Shown in pieces: positions 37,065-47,987 of a stretch of 64,000 nucleotides of DNA. This DNA comes from an uncultured Vampirovibrionales bacterium (GTDB lineage Bacteria > Cyanobacteriota > Vampirovibrionia > Vampirovibrionales > Vampirovibrionaceae), in assembly GCA_964390635.1 (NCBI GenBank), contig CAYMIG010000006.1, forward strand, positions 108,995 through 172,994, in the 5' to 3' direction. Position 1 is the first letter of the stretch, and each line of letters begins with the position of its first letter. The notes under the pieces were generated by a model that was not told the origin of the DNA, made no database searches, and worked only from the letters and a program-made list of their open reading frames with translations. A program made the translations under genes and the position numbers.

Positions 37065-39176
37065 TCAGGGCTGGAACAGAGCAATCGGCCAGCCGTTGGC
37101 CGCCGCTAAGCGCAACAGCTCCCGGGGCAGGCGGATGGGGTCGCCGGTCTTTTTCTGGCGGTAATACAGGGCCCGGATGTGGGGGCGCACGGCCAGCACC
37201 ACCGGGTTGGGGACTTCGGCGGGGTTGGGCTTGTCCGGTTGCAGCCGGGCGGCCCATAGCCGGGTAAAGGCGTCCTGCTGGGTTTGCCCGCTGACAATCT
37301 GCCGGTAGGCATGATCGGTATCCAGCAGGGCGGGGCGGGCATCCGTGGCGCCGGCGCCCAGAATCGCCCGATCCCCGGCGTAGGCCACATCCTGGGGGTC
37401 TACTTCTACCAAAAAGCCGTAGGGCAGGCGGCTGTGGGCAAAGTCAGCCGGCTTCCACAGGTGCAGCTGATGGAGCGTGTGGTCGAACATCCCGTCTTGC
37501 AATCGATTTCCACGGCTGGTGAGGGCATCCAGGTTGGCGTCCCGGGCGTCCATGGCCAGCCAGGGAGTTTTGTCCCCGCTGGGCGGACGGAACACGAAAA
37601 CCCCCTCCCGCATGGCCAGCCCCACCCGGCGATACGAGAATGCCATGCCTTGCAACAGGGCGTCCAGGCTTTCGTCAAGGCGGCTGTTCAGGTCGGTGCG
37701 CTTTTGCCACAGCGCGGCCAGCACGGCCAGGGGATCCTGATGGGGCACCACGAAGTCCTGGGCGCGGTTGCGTCGGATGCGGGCATCAATCATGCCGCCA
37801 TAGTCCCGCAGACGCCCGGCAATTTCCGGGGTAAACCAGGCACTGTCCCTTTTTACGCTGCGGATGTCGCCTTCGGTCAGGGCTTGCAGCATGACCAGTT
37901 CGGCAGGCGTGGGGATGAGGGCGGCAAGCTGCTCCAGCTGGCCCTCGTCCGGGGGCTTGGGATTGCGGGTGCAAAGGGTGCCCAGCACCTGGTGGTAGAG
38001 AATCAGCCGGCACACCGTGGCGGTTTCCTCCGGGCTGAACCCCAGCGCAGGGAGCACTTGGGCGGCAATCATCTCCGACTTGGCCGGGTGCGGGCGATCT
38101 ACGGCAATCAGGCAATGCAGGTTTCCCGGCCCGGTTTCCTTACCGATATCGTGCAACAGGGTGGCAAACATGGCCAGGCGCTGCTCCCGGGGGCTGAGCT
38201 GCTGGAAATAGGGCGAGCGGCGGGCATGCATGACCGCATTCAGGGAGTGTTCCGCCAGGTTAAAGTGCTGATCGCTGTGTTGCACGTTGTCAAAGCCCAC
38301 CAGCCGGCCCCATTCGGGGATTAACCGCACCAGTTCCCGGCTGCGGCTCATCTCCCGCAGGGGTTGCGGGGTTTCGTCCAGCAGGGCGGCCTCCAGCTTT
38401 CGCAGCAGGGCCGGGTTTGCCGGGGGCCGGGCGGCCATGGCGGGCAGAATGCGGGTGAGCAGGGGCACAATCTGGCGCCGGGTGGCCAGCCCGTCTGCAT
38501 CCTGAAAGGCGGAGTCGGGTTTCCATGTCTGGCCCGTCACAAATTGCAGCCAGTGGATGCGCAATTGCCGCTGCAACTGCCAGGATAGCTCCGGCTGGCC
38601 GTTGGCGGGATTCATGAAGCGGGAGAACACGGCCAGCAGTTGGGCCTGCAGCTGGCGTTGCCGGCGTCCCGGCGCCGCCTTGGCCAGCCGCCCGCCCGGG
38701 CGGAGGGTACCAAAATACAGATCGCATAGAACCAGCAGCGCGTTGCTTCTGGCTGTCATGGAGGGCGGTTGCCAGGCGGTGGTTTCCAGGGCCTTAATCA
38801 GTTTTTCCCGGGCCCGGTGGTTGTCCAGGCGCATGAACAAATCCGTAAACGGGGTGTGGAAGCTGTCGCGTCCCTTGATGCGGGTGAGCACAACGTAATG
38901 GGGGCTTTGCAGGACGGCCAGGAAGCGATCCGGGCTATCCAGCCGGCTGGCCCGGGAGATTTCTTCAATCAGCCGCGCAGTGGGGGCCTGCTCTGGGGTA
39001 AGGGCGACCTCCTGGTACAGGGCTTCGTAGGGCTTTTGCCCAAAGTGAACCCGATCCGGGCGCGGCAAGGCTGCGCGCAGGGAAGCATGCCCACGGGGCT
39101 CCCCGCCCCAGGGCGCAGGGCTGCGAAGCGGCCATCCAGGCAGGCGGGCGCGCGACAATTCCAAACCCAACCTCAA
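37065..39176 (-). CDS. Large HD-domain protein (GlnD-like HD hydrolase domain with extended flanking regions)
   Basis: HD motif FATLLHDIGK...; 703 aa; no nucleotidyltransferase GS motif recognised. Confidence 0.55.
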   Translation of the reverse strand: MRLGLELSRARLPGWPLRSPAPWGGEPRGHASLRAALPRPDRVHFGQKPYEALYQEVALTPEQAPTARLIEEISRASRLDSPDRFLAVLQSPHYVVLTRIKGRDSFHTPFTDLFMRLDNHRAREKLIKALETTAWQPPSMTARSNALLVLCDLYFGTLRPGGRLAKAAPGRRQRQLQAQLLAVFSRFMNPANGQPELSWQLQRQLRIHWLQFVTGQTWKPDSAFQDADGLATRRQIVPLLTRILPAMAARPPANPALLRKLEAALLDETPQPLREMSRSRELVRLIPEWGRLVGFDNVQHSDQHFNLAEHSLNAVMHARRSPYFQQLSPREQRLAMFATLLHDIGKETGPGNLHCLIAVDRPHPAKSEMIAAQVLPALGFSPEETATVCRLILYHQVLGTLCTRNPKPPDEGQLEQLAALIPTPAELVMLQALTEGDIRSVKRDSAWFTPEIAGRLRDYGGMIDARIRRNRAQDFVVPHQDPLAVLAALWQKRTDLNSRLDESLDALLQGMAFSYRRVGLAMREGVFVFRPPSGDKTPWLAMDARDANLDALTSRGNRLQDGMFDHTLHQLHLWKPADFAHSRLPYGFLVEVDPQDVAYAGDRAILGAGATDARPALLDTDHAYRQIVSGQTQQDAFTRLWAARLQPDKPNPAEVPNPVVLAVRPHIRALYYRQKKTGDPIRLPRELLRLAAANGWPIALFQP

Positions 39177-39270
39177 AGTCCCCCAATGTCAGGTCTCAAC
39201 AAGGGCCATTGTACAATAAACAGCCCTGGTTTCAACTTGCGGGGGCGGCGGGAAAACGCCTGGTCTTCCT

Positions 39271-40023
39271 CTAGCCCTTGAGCGACAAGGAGGCAGACCG
39301 CACTTCGGTTTGCGGCCAGGCCTTGATTTCCTCGGTCAGCGGCTTGATGGTGGGCCTGAGGGTTCGCAAATGGCGCCACCACTGGCTTATGGGGGAACCC
39401 TCCTGGTGGTTGAGTTTAAATAAGGTTTCTTTGGCGGGATCCACGTAGATTTCGGGCCAGGTCTTTTTGGCCTCGTAAAAGCGCGATTCCCGCATGGCCC
39501 TGGTCAGCTCGCCGTCTTCCAGGTTCCCTACCAGGCGTTCCCCATGGGGCCCCTGCAGGTAGACGTTGGCGTGATGGGTCAACGCCTGGGTTTTGGCGGT
39601 TTCAATGGTTTGGGTTAACCCGCTTCGCATCCATTTCAGGGCGTTTTGCGGGGTGATGTTTCTCCAGCTGCGGCCCGTCAGGCCCTGGGCGTCAATCGGC
39701 AGGCTTTGCACCGCTTCCAGGGCCTTTACGGCAGCGGCCCGGCTTTCTTCGGTGGCTCGGGTGGCGGGGTTATCCAGCATGTCGGCCAGGGCGCCCACTG
39801 CCGGGGCATGCCCCAGGCTGTAGGTAATCTGCAAGGGAAAATCGGGGTGGGCCATCTCTTCCAGGCTCAGGCCGTTTTGAATGTTATGCACGGTGAGCTG
39901 GATTTCGTCTCGCCCAATGGCGTTCCCCTTGGATGAAAAGGCTGCCCAGCTGACGCGGTTGGAATCCGGCGTCACGTACAGGCCCAGTCCCTGAAACTTG
40001 GGCCCCATGGCGGTGATGGACAT
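39271..40023 (-). CDS. Hypothetical protein
   Basis: ATG at 40023 with gaagggga RBS (ORF track has GTG at 40047); no recognised domain. Confidence 0.45.
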   Translation of the reverse strand: MSITAMGPKFQGLGLYVTPDSNRVSWAAFSSKGNAIGRDEIQLTVHNIQNGLSLEEMAHPDFPLQITYSLGHAPAVGALADMLDNPATRATEESRAAAVKALEAVQSLPIDAQGLTGRSWRNITPQNALKWMRSGLTQTIETAKTQALTHHANVYLQGPHGERLVGNLEDGELTRAMRESRFYEAKKTWPEIYVDPAKETLFKLNHQEGSPISQWWRHLRTLRPTIKPLTEEIKAWPQTEVRSASLSLKG

Positions 40024-40069
40024 ATCAGTATCCCCTTCTCTATTCACACACAGTCGGTGATGACAGTGA

Positions 40070-41029
40070 TTATGGTTTCAACCAGTGTAACGTCTCGTTG
40101 TAGATGGCCTCCCAGTCGATGCCGTACTCCTTGAACAGCAGGCCGGGATCCCCGCTTTGCCCGAAGCGGTCCTGGGTGCCCAGGCGACGCACCGGGGTGG
40201 GGTGATGCTGGCTGAGTTCCTCGCAGACGGCGCCGCCCAGGCCGGCAATGACCTGGTGGCTTTCGGCGGTGATGACTTTGCCGGTTTTGCGGGCGCTGGC
40301 CACAAGCGTTTCGGTGTCGAACGGCTTGATGAAGACCACGTTTAGCACTTCGGCGTTGATGCCATGGTCTTTTTGCAGGCGCTCGGCGGCCAGCAGGGCA
40401 TGGTAAACGGTTTCGCCGGTACCCACCAGGGTGATGTCCGCACCCTCGCGCTCCACCCGAATCTTGCCGGGCTCCAGGCGGTAGCTTTCGTCATGGATGA
40501 TGGGGCAGTTGGGGCGCACCAGCCGAATGTAGACCGGCCCCACGTATTCCGCGGCCCAGCGCACCACGCGGTCGGTTTCCACCGCATCCGAGGGCACCAC
40601 CACGGTCATGCCGGGAATCACCCGCATCAGGGCGATGTCTTCGATGCTCTGGTGGCTGGCCCCGTCCTCGCCCAGGCTAAGGCCGCTGTGGGTGGGGGCG
40701 ATTTTCACGTTCAGGTTGCTGTAGCACACCGTGTTGCGAATCTGGTCCCAGCCCTTGCCGGCGGCAAACAGGGCAAAGGTGCTGCAAAACGGGATTTTTC
40801 CGGTGGTGGACAAGCCGGCGGCGGTATTAATCAGGTCTTGCTCGGAAATGCCCTGGTTAAAGAACCGCTCGGGGAACTTGTCGGCGAACATCTTGGTTTG
40901 GGTGGAGCAGGCCAGATCCGCATCCAGCACCACGATATCGGGGTTTACGGCGCCCAGGGCGGCCAGGGTTTCCCCGTATTGGTTCCGCAGGGCTTTCTTT
41001 TCCGGTTTTTCAAGGTTGATGGTGGCCAT
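40070..41029 (-). CDS. Transketolase, C-terminal (pyrimidine-binding) subunit of a split transketolase
   Basis: MATINLEKPEKKALRNQYGETLAALG...; transketolase pyrimidine-binding and C-terminal domains. Confidence 0.9.
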   Translation of the reverse strand: MATINLEKPEKKALRNQYGETLAALGAVNPDIVVLDADLACSTQTKMFADKFPERFFNQGISEQDLINTAAGLSTTGKIPFCSTFALFAAGKGWDQIRNTVCYSNLNVKIAPTHSGLSLGEDGASHQSIEDIALMRVIPGMTVVVPSDAVETDRVVRWAAEYVGPVYIRLVRPNCPIIHDESYRLEPGKIRVEREGADITLVGTGETVYHALLAAERLQKDHGINAEVLNVVFIKPFDTETLVASARKTGKVITAESHQVIAGLGGAVCEELSQHHPTPVRRLGTQDRFGQSGDPGLLFKEYGIDWEAIYNETLHWLKP

Positions 41030-41047
41030 AATGTCTACCTCAAAGTC

Positions 41048-41959
41048 TTACAACTGGGCTTCCAGCTCGGCGTGGGCGGCCACCAGTTCGCTGTGGGCCA
41101 TTTTGTACTGCTCTTCGTTGGGGGCCTTGCCGTGCCAGCCGGCCTGGTTTTCCATAAAGCTGACCCCCTTGCCCTTCACCGTGTTGGCGATGATGGCGGT
41201 GGGGCGATCGGTGGTTTCGGCATAGCGATCGGCCTGCTTCAGGGCCTCCTGGATTTGCGGGTAGTCGTGGCCGTCGATTTCAATCACGTTCCATTCGAAA
41301 GCCGCGAACTTGGGCCCCAGCTGACCCAGCCGCTTGATTTTCTCGGTATCCCCGTCGATTTGCAGGTGATTGCGATCCACGATGGCCGTCACCCGGCTGA
41401 CTTTATGGTGCGCGGCGCTCAGTACGGCTTCCCACACGTTGCCTTCCTGGCATTCCCCGTCGCCCATCAGCACAATCACGCGGGAGTTGATGCCGTTTAG
41501 CCGGTTGCCCAGCGCCATGCCTACCCCGCAGGAGAGCCCCTGGCCCAGCGAGCCGGTGGAAATGTCGCAGCCCTTGATGTAGCGCGACGCCGGGTGGCCC
41601 TGCAGGTTGGTGTGAATCTTGCGCAGGGTGCCCAATTCCTCCCAGGGAATGTAGCCGGCCTGCATGAGGGTGGCGTAATAGGCGGGCGCCCCGTGCCCCT
41701 TGGACATGATGAAGCGATCGCGCTCGGGCCACTGGTCGTTGGCGGGATCCCACTTCAGGTGGGCGAACCAGATGTTTACCAGCAGGTCGATGCAGGATAG
41801 CGAGCTGCCCGGGTGGCCGGATTGGGCCTGGTAAATCATGTCGATGATGTCGATCCGCAGCTTGGCGGCCAGCTTCTTCAGCTCAGGGATGTTCAGGCTG
41901 CAAGGGCCGGTGGTTTCGCGGGACTCGGATTGGGTGCCTTGGGAAGGTAAAGTCATCAT
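41048..41959 (-). CDS. Transketolase, N-terminal (TPP-binding) subunit
   Basis: SGHPGSSLS TPP motif, GDGECQEGNVWEA. Confidence 0.9.
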   Translation of the reverse strand: MMTLPSQGTQSESRETTGPCSLNIPELKKLAAKLRIDIIDMIYQAQSGHPGSSLSCIDLLVNIWFAHLKWDPANDQWPERDRFIMSKGHGAPAYYATLMQAGYIPWEELGTLRKIHTNLQGHPASRYIKGCDISTGSLGQGLSCGVGMALGNRLNGINSRVIVLMGDGECQEGNVWEAVLSAAHHKVSRVTAIVDRNHLQIDGDTEKIKRLGQLGPKFAAFEWNVIEIDGHDYPQIQEALKQADRYAETTDRPTAIIANTVKGKGVSFMENQAGWHGKAPNEEQYKMAHSELVAAHAELEAQL

Positions 41960-41979
41960 GGGGTCTGCCGCTCGTTGCT

Positions 41980-42828
41980 TCAGTGTGGGTCACGGGATAA
42001 CCACACTTTTACTACAAACAAGGGCAAACTTTTATAGGTGCGGCGAATGCGCCAGGGTTCTGTTGCAATTCGATACAACCACTCCAGGTTCAGGGCCCGC
42101 ATCAGCCGGGGCGCCCGCTGGGTCTTGCCGCTCCACACGTCCAGGCTGCCGCCGATGCCCACAAACGTGGTGCCATGGAAGAGATCCCGGTAGCGGTCAA
42201 TCCATTTCTCCTGGCGGGGCACCCCCAGCGCCACCAGCAGCAGGTGGGGATTGCTGGCCGCGCAGGCTTCGGCCACCGATTGCTCTTCCCCGGCGTTTTT
42301 GAAAAACCCGTGGTGGGCGTACACGATTTTAATGCCGTCATACCGCTGTTTCAGGGTGCCTACCGCCAGATCCAGCGCCTCCTGGGTGGCTCCCACAAGG
42401 GCTACCCGGTAGCCAATGCCACTGGCCCAGCGCAGCAGGTTCTCGGCAAACTCGATGCCCGGAAGCCGCCGGATAGGATACCCCCGGCGCCGCAAGGCCC
42501 ACACCACCCCCGCGCCATCCGGCAGCACCAGGTCCGCCTTTTTCAGGATGCGGCCCAGCTCCGGGTCTTTCTCGCCGGCCATCAGCATTTCCGGGTTCAG
42601 GGTGACCACGTGGAAGTTGCGGTGCTCCAGAATGGCCTGCTCCACCTGGGCCTGACCGTCCGTCAGGTCCACCAGGTGAATGGGAAAGCCGAAAAGCCTG
42701 GCTTCGGTAGGGTTGATGTTCAAGGAACGGTTTCCTTCCCGCCCACGCTGATCTCTCTCATCCCTTATTGTAGAGGATCTTGCCATGAGTACAATTGCCC
42801 TTTTCTTCGATTTTCCAGAAAAGCACAA
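41980..42828 (-). CDS. WecB/TagA/CpsF-family glycosyltransferase
   Basis: Family-typical LPDGAGVVWAL...LLLVALGVPRQEKWI; start uncertain, the ORF track N-terminus is probably over-extended. Confidence 0.75.
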   Translation of the reverse strand: MCFSGKSKKRAIVLMARSSTIRDERDQRGREGNRSLNINPTEARLFGFPIHLVDLTDGQAQVEQAILEHRNFHVVTLNPEMLMAGEKDPELGRILKKADLVLPDGAGVVWALRRRGYPIRRLPGIEFAENLLRWASGIGYRVALVGATQEALDLAVGTLKQRYDGIKIVYAHHGFFKNAGEEQSVAEACAASNPHLLLVALGVPRQEKWIDRYRDLFHGTTFVGIGGSLDVWSGKTQRAPRLMRALNLEWLYRIATEPWRIRRTYKSLPLFVVKVWLSRDPH

Positions 42829-42872
42829 TCAACAGTATGGCACAGGCGGGGTGAACGGGAAACGTCCCTGCT

Positions 42873-43232
42873 TCAGATGCTCATGATGTCGTGAAACGGG
42901 GTAATTTTGCGTCCCGCCTTTTCAATCATGCCGGCGGAGGTGCCCAGCTCGTGCAGGCTCTCCCCGGTGGTCTCGGTGTGCTCGTACACACCACGCAGGC
43001 GGGTTTTCTTGCCGTTGTCCATGCCCTGGGACATGCTTTCGCCCAGCTTGACCAGTTCGCGGTCGGCGGCGGATTCCAGGTTGGCCCTGCCGGTGTCCAC
43101 AATCAACACATCACCGATCTTGCGAAGGGTGTTGTGTGGATTGCCCAGGGCTTTTCCCTGAAGTTCCCGCGCCTGGCTGGGCCCAATGACCCGCGTATTG
43201 AAAAAATGGGTGGCCCCAAAACGGACGTTCAT
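42873..43232 (-). CDS. Hypothetical protein (119 aa)
   Basis: ORF with coding-like composition; no recognised domain. Confidence 0.4.
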   Translation of the reverse strand: MNVRFGATHFFNTRVIGPSQARELQGKALGNPHNTLRKIGDVLIVDTGRANLESAADRELVKLGESMSQGMDNGKKTRLRGVYEHTETTGESLHELGTSAGMIEKAGRKITPFHDIMSI

Positions 43233-43410
43233 CGTAACTTTCTCTCCCTTTTAGTACTAATGTACCCAGCGCGGGCATTAAACCCCCTCAGCCGAAAAAG
43301 TTGCCCGGCACTTTTATTGAACACTATTTTTATAATTACGACAATGCCGATAATTTGCGAGCTGAGCCGGTTTTGGGAGAAACATGCAGTATTGCCGCTT
43401 CTTAACAAAA

Positions 43411-43447
43411 TAAAAAAATACCCCGAGGGCGAATCGGGGTATTTTTA
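43411..43447 (-). terminator. Rho-independent terminator downstream of clpX (hairpin with flanking A- and T-runs; appears bidirectional)
   Basis: aaaaaaataccccgagggcgaatcggggtattttt. Confidence 0.65.
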
Positions 43448-43462
43448 TAATTTTAGGGTGCT

Positions 43463-44797
43463 TTAGGCGATCTCGCCCTTGGGTTTTTTGTCGGGCAATT
43501 TCACCACTTCGGCGGCGTTTTTCTTTTCCACCATTTCCGGGGTCAGTTCGAACACCTTCAGGTCCTCGCGGGAGGGAGCCTCGAACATGACGGGCAGCAT
43601 TAATTCCTCCACGATGGAGCGCAGCGCCCGGGCGCCGGTCTTGCGCTTGATGGCCTCCTTGGCAATGGCCTGGGCCACACCTTCGCCAAACACCAGCTCC
43701 ACGTTGTCCATGGCCATCAGCTCGCGGTACTGCTTGAAGATGGCGTTCTTGGGCTCGGTCAGAATTTTGATGAGCGCCTCTTCGTCCAGCGGGTCCAGCA
43801 CGGCGGTCACCGGCACCCGGCCTATGAATTCCGGGATCATGCCGAACTTGATGAGGTCGTCCGGCTGCAGTTGCTTCAGCAGGCGGGCGGCTTCCAGGTC
43901 GCGCTCGTAGAGGGATTTGGGCGCGGTAGCGCCAAAGCCCACGGATTTGCCGGAGTTGACCCGGCCTTCCACGATTTTGTCCAGCCCAATGAACGCCCCG
44001 CCGCAGATGAACAGGATGTTGCTGGTATCGATCTGGATGAACTCCTGGTGCGGGTGCTTGCGTCCGCCTTGCGGGGGGACGTTGGCCACCGTGCCTTCAA
44101 TCATCTTCAGCAGGGCCTGCTGCACGCCCTCGCCCGAAACATCGCGGGTGATGCTGGGGTTTTCGGACTTGCGGGCAATCTTGTCGATTTCATCAATGTA
44201 CACGATGCCCCGTTCGGCCTTGGCCGCGTCGTAGTCGGCGGCCTGGTACAGGCGCAGCAGGATGTTCTCCACATCGTCGCCCACGTAGCCGGCTTCGGTC
44301 AGGGTGGTGGCGTCGGCCACGGCGAAGGGCACTTCCAGAAACTTAGCAAGGGTTTGGGCCAGCAGGGTTTTGCCGCAACCCGTGGGGCCAATCAGCAGGA
44401 TGTTGCTTTTCTGGATTTCCACCACATCCTTGGCGTCCTTGTCCTTGTTGGCCATGTTGTGGTTGACCCGTTTGTAGTGGTTGTAGACCGCCACCGAGAG
44501 GATGCGCTTGGCGTCATCCTGCCCCACAATGTGGTCGTCCAGGAACGCGTTGATTTCTTTAGGCTTGGGAACCTTGGAAATTTCGGGCAGGGCCGAGCTC
44601 TTTTCGCCTTCCTCGGCTTCAAAGAACTCCTCATCCAGGATCTCGTTGCAAAGGTCGACGCACTCGTCGCAAATATAGACCTCAGGACCGGCAATCAGCT
44701 TCTTGACTTGATCCTGGCTTTTGCCGCAAAACGAACACTTCAGGCGGCTATCTTCGTGCTTGGCCATTGCTAGCCCTCCAATCTGAGGTTCAGACAC
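43463..44797 (-). CDS. clpX: ATP-dependent Clp protease ATP-binding subunit ClpX
   Basis: N-terminal zinc finger [11 protein letters not shown]...CDEC; Walker A GPTGCGKT; ORF 43871..44773(+) is an antisense shadow. Confidence 0.97.
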   Translation of the reverse strand: MSEPQIGGLAMAKHEDSRLKCSFCGKSQDQVKKLIAGPEVYICDECVDLCNEILDEEFFEAEEGEKSSALPEISKVPKPKEINAFLDDHIVGQDDAKRILSVAVYNHYKRVNHNMANKDKDAKDVVEIQKSNILLIGPTGCGKTLLAQTLAKFLEVPFAVADATTLTEAGYVGDDVENILLRLYQAADYDAAKAERGIVYIDEIDKIARKSENPSITRDVSGEGVQQALLKMIEGTVANVPPQGGRKHPHQEFIQIDTSNILFICGGAFIGLDKIVEGRVNSGKSVGFGATAPKSLYERDLEAARLLKQLQPDDLIKFGMIPEFIGRVPVTAVLDPLDEEALIKILTEPKNAIFKQYRELMAMDNVELVFGEGVAQAIAKEAIKRKTGARALRSIVEELMLPVMFEAPSREDLKVFELTPEMVEKKNAAEVVKLPDKKPKGEIA

Positions 44798-44839
44798 GCG
44801 TCATTAAAGACGGGCGTCCCCATTCCATGTTTCATTATA

Positions 44840-45523
44840 CTACTTGTTAACGCCGGCTTCCTCGGCCTTCGTGATGACCTTGTCCACCATGCCGTAGGCC
44901 ACGCCTTCTTCCGCCGACATGATGTAGTCGCGATCGGTATCACGCTCAATCTTCTTGATGCTCTGGCCGGTGTTGGAGGCCAGGATTTCGTTCAGCAGCT
45001 TTTTCATGCGGTTAATCTCGGCGGCCTGGATTTCGATATCGGTGGCCTGGCCTTGCGCGCCGCCCAGGGGCTGGTGAATCAGGATGCGCGAATGCGGCAG
45101 GGCCATCCGCTTGCCGGGGGTGCCGGAAGACAGCAGGAAGGCGCCCATTGAGGCGGCCTGGCCCAGGCAGATGGTGGCCACGTCGGCACGGATGTGCTTC
45201 ATGGTGTCGTAAATGGCGAAGCCGGCGGTTACCGAGCCGCCCGGACTGTTGATGTAGAGCATGATGTCTTTTTCGGGGTTTTCCGAATCGAGCAGCAGCA
45301 ATTGGGCCACGATGAGGTTGGCCACCATGTCGTCGATGGGGGTGCCCAGAAACACAATCCGCTCTCTCAGCAGGCGGGAGAAAATGTCGAAGGAGCGCTC
45401 GCCGCGGCTGGACTGCTCAATTACGATGGGCATGTAGGCGGAGGGATCCTGCGCAATCATGTCCGGCGTAATCTTGGACGGATCATATTTCGGGTAATAC
45501 AACATCTGTTGTGCCTCTTTCAC
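44840..45523 (-). CDS. clpP: ATP-dependent Clp protease proteolytic subunit ClpP
   Basis: Catalytic-Ser context [22 protein letters not shown]. Confidence 0.95.
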   Translation of the reverse strand: MKEAQQMLYYPKYDPSKITPDMIAQDPSAYMPIVIEQSSRGERSFDIFSRLLRERIVFLGTPIDDMVANLIVAQLLLLDSENPEKDIMLYINSPGGSVTAGFAIYDTMKHIRADVATICLGQAASMGAFLLSSGTPGKRMALPHSRILIHQPLGGAQGQATDIEIQAAEINRMKKLLNEILASNTGQSIKKIERDTDRDYIMSAEEGVAYGMVDKVITKAEEAGVNK

Positions 45524-45582
45524 TCAGCTCAAAACACAAACGTTCTACAGACACGGAGAGCCTAAGACTCACTGTATCTAGT

Positions 45583-47001
45583 CTAATCTTCGTCTTCCAA
45601 AACGTCAAACTCTTCGCCGGAGATAGCCGCCGCGACAGCCGCCGGCTCGTTGGCCGCGCCTGAGCCACCCTCACTCTTCGCTTTTTCAGCTTTTTCCGCG
45701 ACTTCCTCGGGCACGTAGTTAAAATTGGCGCGCTCCATCAGGTAGTCCACGATTTTCTGGCTGAGAATCTGGTCGGACAGGGCTTGCGCCGCCTGGAAGT
45801 TGTTGGCCAGCTGGCGCATCACCTGCTTTTCGTCGATTCCGCGCATCTGGGCCATCTGCCCCACCATGCTGGAGAATTCGTCTTCCTGTACCTGCAGGCC
45901 TTCCTGCTTGGCGATGGCGCCAAACACCAGGCTGGTCTTGATACGCTTGGTGGCTTCCTCACGCAGGTTTTCCCAGGTGCTTTCGTGCCCTTCGGCATCC
46001 ACGAACTTGTTCCAGTCCAGCCCTTGGGCTTTCAGGCGCTGCTGCACCTCTTCCATCAGCAGTCGGGCTTCCCGGTTCACCATGGCATCCGGAATTTCCA
46101 CTTCGGCGTGCTGCAGGACGTATTCCACCACGGCCTTCTGCTTGCGGTAGGTCATTTCCTGCTCCACGTTTTCCTTCAGCAGGCGGCGCACTTCTTCTTT
46201 CAGCTGCTCGACATTCTCGAAGGGGCCCACTTTCTTGGCCACTTCGTCGCTCAGTTCGGGCACCACCTTCTTGTTAATCTCGTTAATCTTGATGCGGAAC
46301 TCGGCGGGCTTGCCGGCCAGGGCATTGTCGTGGTAGTCCTGCGGGAAAGTCACGTTGATGCCAAACTCTTCCCCAATCTTGTGGCCCACCAGCTGCTCGG
46401 CAAAGCCTTCAATAAAGTTGTTGTCGGCCAGATCCAGGCGGTAGTTCTTGGCGGATCCCCCGCGAATCTGCTCGTTGTTCACATAACCGGTAAAATCGAT
46501 GGTCACGATGTCGGTGGCCTCGGCGGCGCGATCCACCACGGCTTCCAGGGTGGTCATGCGCTCCACGATGGCTTGCAGTTCTTTTTCTTCGGCATCGTCG
46601 GGCAGCTTATACTCGGGCACATCCACGCTAAAGCCGCCCAACTCACCCAGTTTAGCCTCGGGACGCAGTTCCACGGAGGCCTTCACCCGGATGCCCTCGT
46701 TCAGGTCGAACTTCAGGGATTCAATTTGGGGCGGGGCCACAATGTCCAGCTGATGCTCGCTGATGGCATCGGCAAATACATGCGGGAACAGGCGATCCAT
46801 GGCTTCCTGCTTGATGCGGTCGATGCCGACGGTCTTTTCCACAATGGCACGGGGCGCCTTGCCGCGGCGGAAGCCGGGAATGTTCAGACGCTGGCCCAGG
46901 CGCTTCCAGGCTTTATTGTACTCCTGGGTGGCCTGATCAGCCGGAATCTCAAGATTAATGGTTGCAAGGTGCGCTTCGTTTTTTTCGACTTCTACTTTCA
47001 T
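45583..47001 (-). CDS. tig: Trigger factor
   Basis: MKVEVEKNEAHLATINLEIPADQA N-terminus; PPIase and C-terminal arm domains; tig-clpP-clpX gene order. Confidence 0.95.
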   Translation of the reverse strand: MKVEVEKNEAHLATINLEIPADQATQEYNKAWKRLGQRLNIPGFRRGKAPRAIVEKTVGIDRIKQEAMDRLFPHVFADAISEHQLDIVAPPQIESLKFDLNEGIRVKASVELRPEAKLGELGGFSVDVPEYKLPDDAEEKELQAIVERMTTLEAVVDRAAEATDIVTIDFTGYVNNEQIRGGSAKNYRLDLADNNFIEGFAEQLVGHKIGEEFGINVTFPQDYHDNALAGKPAEFRIKINEINKKVVPELSDEVAKKVGPFENVEQLKEEVRRLLKENVEQEMTYRKQKAVVEYVLQHAEVEIPDAMVNREARLLMEEVQQRLKAQGLDWNKFVDAEGHESTWENLREEATKRIKTSLVFGAIAKQEGLQVQEDEFSSMVGQMAQMRGIDEKQVMRQLANNFQAAQALSDQILSQKIVDYLMERANFNYVPEEVAEKAEKAKSEGGSGAANEPAAVAAAISGEEFDVLEDED

Positions 47002-47091
47002 GCGTCTGTTTTCCAGCCCATTCCTACGGTATACAACGTTGTATCAATTTTAAAAAGCTTCTAAAAAGCAGTTTTCCGGGCGATGAAAAGA

Positions 47092-47166
<75 letters not shown>

Positions 47167-47340
47167 ATCGCCCGGAAAACAGGTTTCATTTTATAGTGAA
47201 CCCCGTTGGAATATCAACAGGGGGATTCACAGGATTCTTTTTTACACCAAAGACGGCCCACGTCAAACCTTCTTTCTCATATTGGCCGCTAAAGGCTGGG
47301 AAAACTTCTATCGGCGGGCGCTTTCCGTGGGGTGCGCCGC

Positions 47341-47844
47341 TTAGGCGGGCGGCAGCTTGTACCAAACCTCCACGGCGCGGGCAAATTCCTGCTGGCTGTG
47401 GCCGATGACATGCTTTTTGGGGCCGAATTCATCGGCGGGGGCCGCCAGTTTTTCCTTCACCAAAGGCGCATGTGCCTGGTAAAGGGCCCGCTCCTTGCGG
47501 TAAAGCCGGTGGCTGGCCAGTAGGGACAGGCTGGCCAGGGGATGTTGCCAGTTGAACGCCGGCGGGGCAAGCTTGGCGTCCTGGCCAATTTCCGCATACA
47601 CCTGCAGTAGTTTTTTCCTTAAAAGAGCCTCGTCTTGGGCAATATCGGCCTGATTGCCCTTTTGCAGCACCGCGTGGGTGAGTGCCTGGGCCGTTTTGCT
47701 TTGAAAGGCAATGCTGCTGCCCTGGATGAACACCTGGTCGTCTGCCGCCTCGTCCAGCGGGGCAAACACCGAGGCAATGAAATAGGGCTGGGACGACGGC
47801 CCCTGGATGCTGAAGGAGACCCGTCCGAAGTGGGGGACATGCAT
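47341..47844 (-). CDS. Hypothetical protein (167 aa)
   Basis: GC-typical ORF; no recognised domain. Confidence 0.4.
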   Translation of the reverse strand: MHVPHFGRVSFSIQGPSSQPYFIASVFAPLDEAADDQVFIQGSSIAFQSKTAQALTHAVLQKGNQADIAQDEALLRKKLLQVYAEIGQDAKLAPPAFNWQHPLASLSLLASHRLYRKERALYQAHAPLVKEKLAAPADEFGPKKHVIGHSQQEFARAVEVWYKLPPA

Positions 47845-47987
47845 GGCGCGTTCGTTTCCTCTTCTTTACGCTATTCAAGGTGATGGCTAATCTAACGGGC
47901 CTGAACCGGGCCATTTGCTTAGCCGGGGCAAGATGTTTCGCCTCATCATTATTGAGAGCAACCCGGCAGTGTAAGATGGGCCAGATC

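Noticed and set aside
43871-47064. Plus-strand ORFs 43871..44773 and 45784..47064
   Set aside because: Antisense to clpX and tig.
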